Below are positions 38,469 through 45,550 of a stretch of DNA of 64,000 bases, one piece after another (position 1 is the stretch's first letter; the number at the start of each line of letters is the position of its first letter). The DNA is from an uncultured Eubacteriales bacterium (GTDB taxonomy: Bacteria > Bacillota > Clostridia > Oscillospirales > CAG-272). The notes beneath the pieces were generated by a model. The model made no database searches and was not told the origin of the DNA. It worked only from the letters and a program-made list of their open reading frames with translations. The stretch covers positions 27,303-91,302 of the forward strand of contig CAKVOU010000007.1 of NCBI GenBank assembly GCA_934796165.1, in the 5' to 3' direction. The position numbers and the translations under genes are program-made.

Positions 38469-39299
38469 ATGTATCTGTACGGCGGACAATCGAATGCTGA
38501 CAGCCGGGCGGAATCTCCGGACGGCTCCGTCAGGGGGCGCATCTTTGACATCCAAAGATACTCCGTACACGACGGTCCCGGCATCCGCACCATTGTATTC
38601 TTCAAGGGCTGTGCGCTGCGTTGCCGTTGGTGCTGCAACCCCGAATCCCAGGAATCCGGAATCCAGACCATGGTCCGCGCGGGAAAGACCGAAACGGTCG
38701 GGCGCGACGTGACCGTTGACGAGGTGCTTTCCGAGGTGCTCCGCGACCGTCCGTATTACCTGCGTTCCGGCGGCGGTATGACGCTCTCCGGCGGAGAGGC
38801 ACTGCTTCAGCCGGAATTTGCCCTTGCACTCCTCCGGGCGGCGCACGACGAAGGGCTTGACACTGCAATCGAGACGGCGGGCTTTGTTCCCGAAGAAAAC
38901 CTTGTACGGGTGCTCCCCGAAGTCGATCATGTGCTGATGGACATCAAGCACATGGACAAAAACAAGCACCGTGCCTTCACGGGGCAATCCAACGAACGGA
39001 TTCTTTCCAATGCACGCTATACCGCCTTCCACGCAAAAGAACTGATCATCCGGGTACCGGTCATCCCGACCTTCAACGATACGGAGGAAGAGATCCGCGC
39101 GATCGCCGCATTCGCGGCGGGGTTACCCGGCGTGAAAAAACTACACCTGCTTCCCTACCATCGTCTGGGACAGGACAAATACACGGGGTTATCCCGCGAC
39201 TACGGAATGGGGGAGGTTCCCCCGCCGACAAAGGAGCACATGGAAACGCTTCTTTCGGTTGCAGAAGAATCCGGGCTGACCTGTCAGATCGGCGGCTGA
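38469..39299 (+). CDS. glycyl-radical enzyme activating radical-SAM protein (short, PflA-like)
   Basis: HDGPGIRTIVFFKGCALRCRWCCNPES CX3CX2C motif. 276 aa. Confidence 0.9.
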   Translation: MYLYGGQSNADSRAESPDGSVRGRIFDIQRYSVHDGPGIRTIVFFKGCALRCRWCCNPESQESGIQTMVRAGKTETVGRDVTVDEVLSEVLRDRPYYLRSGGGMTLSGGEALLQPEFALALLRAAHDEGLDTAIETAGFVPEENLVRVLPEVDHVLMDIKHMDKNKHRAFTGQSNERILSNARYTAFHAKELIIRVPVIPTFNDTEEEIRAIAAFAAGLPGVKKLHLLPYHRLGQDKYTGLSRDYGMGEVPPPTKEHMETLLSVAEESGLTCQIGG

Positions 39300-39537
39300 C
39301 ATCCGCCGCCACGCTCGCTTCCCGCGCCCGCCTGCGGCGCTTCGCGCCGCTGCCGCCGGGAGCCGGGCAATCATGTTTCAAAAAAACGGGCGGTTCTCCG
39401 CCCCGGCTCCCGGCGCCCCGCCACCCGCTCCGCGGGTGGCGCGGGCGCGGTACCGCAAAGGGGTTCTTCCCGGCGGCGGTACACCACACAAGCACGGAGA
39501 ACTGTTCCGCACGGTTTTCCCGGATAAGGAGAATGCA

Positions 39538-39906
39538 ATGAGCCAAGACCTGTTCAAAGAAAATATGCGTATTGTCCAGGAGCTGGTTCCAGGGCGGCAG
39601 ATCACACTCGCGCACATCATCGCCAACCCCGACCGCGAGCTGTACCGCAAGCTGGGACTTGACCCCGCGGTGGATTACGCGCACGCGGCAATCGGCATTC
39701 TGACCGTCAGTCCCGCGGAATCCGCTGTCATCGCGGCGGATCTCTCCATGAAGTCCTCGGACGCGTCGCTCGGCTTTGTGGACCGCTTCACGGGCACGGT
39801 GCTCCTGACCGGTTCGGTTTCCGCGGTGGAATCCTCCTTTTCGGCAGTCACGGAATACTTCCGCGCAACACTCGGTTACGCGGTCTGCCCCATGACGCGC
39901 ACGTAA
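39538..39906 (+). CDS. circularly permuted BMC shell protein (PduU/EutS-like)
   Basis: ORF 39373..39906 trimmed to the ATG at 39538 (AAGGAGA upstream). VQELVPGRQITLAHIIANPD...AIGILTVSPAESAVIAADL. Confidence 0.85.
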   Translation: MSQDLFKENMRIVQELVPGRQITLAHIIANPDRELYRKLGLDPAVDYAHAAIGILTVSPAESAVIAADLSMKSSDASLGFVDRFTGTVLLTGSVSAVESSFSAVTEYFRATLGYAVCPMTRT

Positions 39907-39911
39907 CCTTC

Positions 39912-40337
39912 ATGAAGAAACTGATCCTCATGGGCAGGGTCGCGGCGGGGAAAACCACGCTGACCCAGGCACTGCGTGGCGAACAGCTCCGCTACTGCAA
40001 GACCCAGTACATCGACTACCGCGACACCATCATCGACACCCCCGGTGAATATACGGAGGTTGCCCGCCTCGGTGCCGCGCTTCAGCTTTACGCTTACGAA
40101 GCGGACATTGTGGGGCTGGTCATCGGTGCGGAGGAGCCGTATTCGGTGTTTCCGCCCGCGATCACGGGCATGGTCAACCGCGAGGTCATCGGAATCGTTT
40201 CCGGTATTGACAGACCGGGCGCCGATCCCGACCGCGCTGAGCGCTGGCTGCGGCTTTCGGGGTGCCGGCGCGTGTTCCGCCTGTCCTCCGTAACGGGCGA
40301 GGGACTTGGTGACCTGATTGCCTATCTGGATGCCTGA
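39912..40337 (+). CDS. EutP/PduV-family small GTPase
   Basis: P-loop GRVAAGKTTL, with DTPGEY. Confidence 0.85.
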   Translation: MKKLILMGRVAAGKTTLTQALRGEQLRYCKTQYIDYRDTIIDTPGEYTEVARLGAALQLYAYEADIVGLVIGAEEPYSVFPPAITGMVNREVIGIVSGIDRPGADPDRAERWLRLSGCRRVFRLSSVTGEGLGDLIAYLDA

Positions 40338-40651
40338 TTTTCTGAGAGAAGCGAAAAAACAATCGTCCGCTCCGGCGAACCGTCCGCCGGTCCTGACATC
40401 TGACGAAGAGTATGTACCTGTTGCCCCTATCCTGGGACGCGGCGTTTCTTGCCGCTTCCGCGCCGGCATCCGACGGTTGCCCGGTGTGCCGATCCGTTTT
40501 TTCCTTGTCCTTTTGGGGCTGACGGGCTGCACATCTGTATCTCTCCTGCGCGGTGCGTTCCGTTCCGTATCTCCGGACAATCGGCAATCACCCGTCTGCT
40601 CACCCGATTTCATCGCACGACCACGTATCTTTACATGATTGCGAGGGAACT

Positions 40652-41446
40652 ATGAATAGAAAGACCAAAGTCATCTGTTTTGCCAACAACAAAGGCGGCT
40701 CCGGGAAGTCCACCACTTGCTCCAACGTCGGCTATGCCATGGCACTGGCGGGAAAGCGGGTTCTGCTCATCGACGGGGACATGCAGCTCAACCTGACCCT
40801 TTCCTTCTTTTCCGAGGAGGAAGCGCTCGGCTTCGTGCAATCCGGAAAGAACCTGTACACGGGCATGAAGGAAGCGCGGGACCTTTCGGAATACGTCGTC
40901 CCGACGGCGTATGCGGGCGTTGATCTGATTCCCTCCTCCACGCTCATGAGCTCGATCGAATTTGATCTGTTCACCAAGTGGCAAAGAGAATTCATTCTCA
41001 AAAAGGGGCTTGCAAAAATCCTTGACTCCGGCGTTTACGACTACGTGCTCATTGACGCGCCGCCGACGCTCGGCGGGTGGGTCATGAACATCATGTGCGC
41101 GTCGGACTACCTCATCATTCCGGTGGAAGCCAGCCCGTGGGGGCTGTTCGGGCTTGCCAATATGTTTGATTTTGTCGGTCAGGTGCGCGGCATTGCGCCG
41201 GACCTCAGTCTGCTCGGCATCGCCATCACCAAAGCGGACGAACGCAAGAATTATTTCAAGCAGACGGTCGAAACGCTCCGTTCGCAGAACGATGTTCGCC
41301 TGTTTGAACATTACATCCGCATTGACGCATCGGTGGAATGGGCACAGGACGATTCCAAGCCGGTAATCGCGTTCAAGCCCTCCAGCCGGAGTGCAAAGGA
41401 ATACACAGAACTGACAAAGGAGATTCTTCAGTATGTCGATCGGTAA
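40652..41446 (+). CDS. ParA/MinD-family deviant Walker-A ATPase (no N-terminal DNA-binding domain)
   Basis: ORF 40553..41446 trimmed to the ATG at 40652. KVICFANNKGGSGKSTT, LLIDGDMQ and VLIDAPPTLG motifs. Confidence 0.9.
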   Translation: MNRKTKVICFANNKGGSGKSTTCSNVGYAMALAGKRVLLIDGDMQLNLTLSFFSEEEALGFVQSGKNLYTGMKEARDLSEYVVPTAYAGVDLIPSSTLMSSIEFDLFTKWQREFILKKGLAKILDSGVYDYVLIDAPPTLGGWVMNIMCASDYLIIPVEASPWGLFGLANMFDFVGQVRGIAPDLSLLGIAITKADERKNYFKQTVETLRSQNDVRLFEHYIRIDASVEWAQDDSKPVIAFKPSSRSAKEYTELTKEILQYVDR

Positions 41447-41813
41447 GAACAGTATTTCCCGTCTGTCCGGGGGAAAGCAGAACCCGACGGAAAAGACCGC
41501 AAAGAAGTTCCCGGAAGCAAACGAGGTGACGGAAACGGCGGCAAAGAAAGCGGAAAAAACCGCGAAGAGCGCGGCAAAGAAAGTAACAGGCAAGCGCACG
41601 AAAGAGAACGCAAAGACGGCAACCGTCCCTGCACAAACAGGTACCCGCAAGAGGACTTCGGCGTCCAAAGCGAAAGTACTTCCCGCAAAAACCGCGGAAT
41701 CCGCGGCAGCAGTGACCGCTCCGGAGGGGACCGCCGTGAAGTCCGCCGGGGAAAGCCGGGCATCCGCCGCATTCTGTGCAGTCGGCGACGCACTTCCCTA
41801 CTGGCTTCTGTAA
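41433..41813 (+). CDS. 126-aa lysine/alanine/threonine-rich, probably disordered ParA partner protein ending in PYWLL
   Basis: Overlaps the ParA gene by 14 nt and has its own AAAGGAG SD about 9 nt upstream. Low-complexity basic sequence. A strong terminator follows. Confidence 0.75.
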   Translation: MSIGKNSISRLSGGKQNPTEKTAKKFPEANEVTETAAKKAEKTAKSAAKKVTGKRTKENAKTATVPAQTGTRKRTSASKAKVLPAKTAESAAAVTAPEGTAVKSAGESRASAAFCAVGDALPYWLL

Positions 41814-41830
41814 TCTGAACAGCAAAAAAA

Positions 41831-41866
41831 GCAGGCAACCGCCGTGGCGGTTGCCTGCTTTTTTAT
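41831..41866. terminator. bidirectional rho-independent terminator
   Basis: GCAGGCAACCGCC pairs with GGCGGTTGCCTGC, flanked by an A-run and a T-run. Confidence 0.9.
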
Positions 41867-42021
41867 TTGGAGGGATCTCCGGATAAGGTGGCGTTTCCGG
41901 CAGTGCAGTACCCGAGAACGTTGAGGGAAACGGGTTCCGCAGGAACGGAGCGGCGGAACCCGGCAGTCTTTTTCCCCTCCGTGAAACCAAGTACCCATGC
42001 AAAGGGACGACGGGGGTGTTT

Positions 42022-43206
42022 TCAGACTCTGCGCCAAGCCTTGCCCCTGCCGGACTTCCCGTCTTCAAAAAGAAGTCCGAGCGCCGTAAGGAAACCGAGC
42101 GTTCCGTAGGTCGCCATACCGCAAATGCGGGTCGCCCTTGCGTATTCTGCGGCAGTAAAGCGTTCCGGCAGGGTGTCCGGCAGAAAATCCGCGCGATAAT
42201 CTTCGGGGACGGTGTAGGTCACGTCGTCAAGCAGAGCCGTCGGGATGCGTTCGTATCGGACGGAACCGCGCTTACCGTCCCTGCCCCAGCCGTTTTTCCA
42301 GCGATATTCACTGGTTTCGCACAAAAGCAGGCGAAGCGAGAGCCGCCCCGACGAAATATACGGCGTCAGCCAGAACAACTGTCCCGCAACATCCTGTATT
42401 CTCCCGCGGCGGGGGGATTTCCGGGGAGTACTGATCTCCCCCGTTACGGGATCGATCCACGAAAGGCGCTTGACGACTGAGACGGGGTGAACCAGTGTCA
42501 CGGGGTACGGGGTCTTCTTGAGATAATAGTCAAGCTTGGCGCGAAGCGGGTAAAAGCTGCCCGTCTGTACCTCAAAAATGCGTTCGCCGTCGAACACATC
42601 GGCAACGAACCGCGTGGAGCGGGAACGATCCACGGCATCCATCCGGATTTCCTGAAACTGCCTGTCCGCCAGATAATTCTTGATGACCGCGTGCATTCGT
42701 TTTTCACCGAGCGTACCGATGCCGCCGTCATGCGCCTGCGCTTCCAGCATATTCTCCCGGATCAGGCGGGCAAACCGCGCGCGGCTGGCAGCAACGGAAA
42801 CGTTTTTCTGCTCAGCCACGATAGCTTCCGCCGTCCCGGCAGAAACGGAGTTTCCCGTTTCCGGCACTGCTGTTCCCGGCGCTTCCGGCAAATCGGAGAT
42901 TTTCGGTGTTTGGGGCGCTGCCGGGCACTTTGACATCTTGGACGCGTGGGGTACCCGGTTTGCTTTCGGTGTATTGGTCACCTGCGCTGCCGGGCTCTTT
43001 GGCACTTGAGTCGCTCCCGGCGCTGCCGGGTTCTTTGACTTCTTGGACGCGTGGGGTACCCGGTTTGTTTTCGGTGCATTGGTCACCTGCGCCGGGATCG
43101 CTTGCAGTTCCTTGGTCGCTCCCGGTGCTGCCGGGCTCTTCGGCGCCTGAGTTTCCTTCACCGCCATGGTCACTTTCGTCGCTTTGGCTTTTTCGGATGT
43201 TGCCAT
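42022..43206 (-). CDS. hypothetical protein: repeat-rich Pro/Ala/Lys N-terminus plus PD-(D/E)xK-like nuclease fold and C-terminal wHTH-like domain
   Basis: ORF trimmed to the ATG at 43204-43206 (GGAGGG upstream). GEKRMHAVIKNYL...FVADVFDGERIFEVQTGSF...RKSPRRGR core. Domain calls are from memory and tentative. Confidence 0.75.
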   Translation of the reverse strand: MATSEKAKATKVTMAVKETQAPKSPAAPGATKELQAIPAQVTNAPKTNRVPHASKKSKNPAAPGATQVPKSPAAQVTNTPKANRVPHASKMSKCPAAPQTPKISDLPEAPGTAVPETGNSVSAGTAEAIVAEQKNVSVAASRARFARLIRENMLEAQAHDGGIGTLGEKRMHAVIKNYLADRQFQEIRMDAVDRSRSTRFVADVFDGERIFEVQTGSFYPLRAKLDYYLKKTPYPVTLVHPVSVVKRLSWIDPVTGEISTPRKSPRRGRIQDVAGQLFWLTPYISSGRLSLRLLLCETSEYRWKNGWGRDGKRGSVRYERIPTALLDDVTYTVPEDYRADFLPDTLPERFTAAEYARATRICGMATYGTLGFLTALGLLFEDGKSGRGKAWRRV

Positions 43207-43312
43207 TGCGTTTTCCCTCCTTCCCGGTTGATGATTTTTTGGACGATTTCGCGTTTCCGGCATCGACGGAATTCTCCGGCTTCCCCGCCGTGCGGGCGGC
43301 GTTTTTTGGTCC

Positions 43313-43500
43313 GCTGACGGCAGTCAGCCGATATCACTTATGTCGCCTGCCCGGCGAACTGGCGGCATTCTGTTACGTCGCCTGTCCTGCGAACCGACTG
43401 CAGTCCAACCAATCCGTTTACGTCGCCTGTCCCGCAAACTGACGGCAGTCAGCCGATATCACTTATGTCGCCTGCCCCGCAAACTGACTGCTGTACAGCT
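43313..43500. repeat. about 4.5 degenerate tandem copies (35-46 bp) of the 3' end of the ABC transporter gene
   Basis: Units starting TTA(C/T)GTCGCCTG(C/T)CC at about 43338, 43373, 43417 and 43463. The last is the real stop plus C-terminal codons. CTGACGGCAGTCAGCCGATATCAC occurs twice. Confidence 0.75.
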
Positions 43501-45550
43501 TCGCGTACTCCCCGCCGGCGGCGAGCAGCTCGTCGTGATTGCCGGATTCCGCGATCACGCCGTCCTTGACCACCACGATCCGGTCCGCGTCGCGGATGGT
43601 GGAAAGCCGATGTGCGATGATGAGCGAGGTCCTGCCCTTCATGAGCGCGACCATTGCCTTCTGAATATGCATTTCGGTTCTGGTATCGACCGATGAGGTT
43701 GCCTCGTCAAGAATCAGAATCTTGGGATCGGCAAGCACCGCGCGGGCGATGGCAAGCAGCTGTCTCTGCCCCTCGGAAAGATTGCTTCCCGACTCGGCTA
43801 GCACCGTCCGGTAGCCCTCCGGCAACCGCTCAATGAAGCTGTCCGCGTTTGCGTGCTTTGCCGCCGCGCGAATCTCCTCGTCGGTCGCATCCTGTCTGCC
43901 GTAGCGGATATTCGCGGCGATACTGTCCGAGAACAGCACGGTATCCTGAAGCACGATGGCGATCGCGTGGCGCAAGACCGGTTTGGGAATATCGCGGATG
44001 TCAGTCCCGTCAATGGTAATGCTTCCGGAATCCACCTCATAAAACCGCGTAAGCAGATTGACGATGGTAGTTTTTCCGGAGCCGGTCGCGCCGACAATGG
44101 CAATCTTCTGCCCGGGACGGACGTCCAGATTGAGGCCCTTCAGCACCGGTTCACCGGGGACATAAGAAAAGTGAATATCCCGGAAATCAATTTCGCCCTT
44201 CACATCCTCCGGCAGGATGGGCGCCTTGCCCTCGTCCACCTCGTCCGGCGTGTCCATGATTTCAAAGATACGCTCCGCGCCCGCAAGTGCGGTAAGCAGG
44301 GTGGAATACTGGTTGGCGATCATATTGATCGGGCGGGTGAACTGCTTGGAATACTGGAGCATTGCCTGGATTGCGCCGATGGTGATGGGATTGCCGGTAA
44401 GAATCAGCGCGCCGCCGGTCGCCGCCAACAGCACATACTGGAAGTTGCCGATAAAGTTCATGATCGGTCCCATGACGGAGCCCCAGACCCGCGCGGAAAT
44501 GGAGGTCTTGCGGTATTCGTCTGAGGACGCGGAGAAACGTTCCACCGCCTCCGGCTCTTTTCCGTAGGCGACAACGGTCTTGTAGCCCGTAACCGCCTCC
44601 TCCACCTGACCGTTCATCTGACCGAGCAGCTCCTGCTGGCGGACGAAGTACTTCCGCATGAATTTGGCAAGCCGTCCCGAAACAAAGATCGTAAGCGGAA
44701 TGGTCACGACAGCGACGAGCGTCATGAGCGGGCTGTAATACAGCATCATGACAAGTGCGCCGGTGATGGTGAGAATCCCCGAAAACAGCGTGGAGACCGA
44801 CTGGCTGACGGCGTTGGACACGTTTTCGCAGTCGTTGGTCATGCGGGACATGATGTCACCGTGCTTGTGGGTATCCGTGTAGCGGATGGGCAGGCGCGAG
44901 AGCTTGCGGAAGAGATCATTCCGAAGCGTGTAGACCGTGTTCTGCGACAGCTTCATCGCCATAAGGTTCATGAAGAACGACAGCACGGCGGACGCGCCGA
45001 AAAACACGACCATGAAAATCAGGAAACGCACCAATTGGGGAAAATCCACCGCGAGCTTGCCCGTTGCCGTGTCAAAGGTGATGGTGTCGATTGCCTTCTG
45101 CTGGAGCATCGGCCCCATGACATCCACCACGGTGACGGCGACCATGAAAAGGAGCATCAGGAGAAGCACGAACCGACTCTTGCCGATATAACGGAACAAC
45201 CGACCGACGGTTTTGCCGAGATTCTTGGGCTTTTCCGCGTGCATTCTCGCACCCATGGGTCCGCCGGGACCGAAGCCCATACCGGGGCGCTGTGCGCCGG
45301 GTGCGGCAGTACGGGGAGGCTGTGCTACTGCGGGGGTGTCGGCGGGAGTGCCGGGCGCGTCGGGATTGCCCGCGCTTGTCGCGGGGCTGCCGGGTACGGC
45401 AGGGGTGCCCATATCTGTCGCGGGGCTGCCGGGTACGGCAGGGGTGCCCATATCTGTCGCGGGGCTGCCGGGTACGGCGGAGTTACCTGCGCTTGTCGCG
45501 GGGCTGCCTTCTATGGAATTTTGCATTGCGTGATTCTCTGCTTCCGTCAT
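43463..45550 (-). CDS. ABC transporter permease/ATP-binding protein (heterodimeric multidrug-exporter type) with repeat-containing N-terminal extension
   Basis: TMD plus NBD: GATGSGKTT, LSEGQRQLLAIARA, ILILDEATS. N-terminal PGSPATDMGTPAV 39-bp repeats. Confidence 0.9.
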   Translation of the reverse strand: MTEAENHAMQNSIEGSPATSAGNSAVPGSPATDMGTPAVPGSPATDMGTPAVPGSPATSAGNPDAPGTPADTPAVAQPPRTAAPGAQRPGMGFGPGGPMGARMHAEKPKNLGKTVGRLFRYIGKSRFVLLLMLLFMVAVTVVDVMGPMLQQKAIDTITFDTATGKLAVDFPQLVRFLIFMVVFFGASAVLSFFMNLMAMKLSQNTVYTLRNDLFRKLSRLPIRYTDTHKHGDIMSRMTNDCENVSNAVSQSVSTLFSGILTITGALVMMLYYSPLMTLVAVVTIPLTIFVSGRLAKFMRKYFVRQQELLGQMNGQVEEAVTGYKTVVAYGKEPEAVERFSASSDEYRKTSISARVWGSVMGPIMNFIGNFQYVLLAATGGALILTGNPITIGAIQAMLQYSKQFTRPINMIANQYSTLLTALAGAERIFEIMDTPDEVDEGKAPILPEDVKGEIDFRDIHFSYVPGEPVLKGLNLDVRPGQKIAIVGATGSGKTTIVNLLTRFYEVDSGSITIDGTDIRDIPKPVLRHAIAIVLQDTVLFSDSIAANIRYGRQDATDEEIRAAAKHANADSFIERLPEGYRTVLAESGSNLSEGQRQLLAIARAVLADPKILILDEATSSVDTRTEMHIQKAMVALMKGRTSLIIAHRLSTIRDADRIVVVKDGVIAESGNHDELLAAGGEYAKLYSSQFAGQAT

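Larger units (their letters stand above)
29056..40337 (+). other. glycyl-radical-enzyme-associated bacterial microcompartment (GRM-type metabolosome) operon
   Basis: 13 co-directional genes: 7 shell genes (4 BMC-H, 1 BMC-P, 1 BMC-T, 1 permuted BMC), the GRE and its activase, aldolase, ADH, PduS-like protein and EutP/PduV GTPase. Confidence 0.9.

Noticed and set aside
40553-40651. Longer ParA start given in the ORF track
   Set aside because: The upstream 33 codons are non-homologous to ParA N-termini. The ATG at 40652 puts the Walker A box at the usual distance and has a GAGGGA SD.
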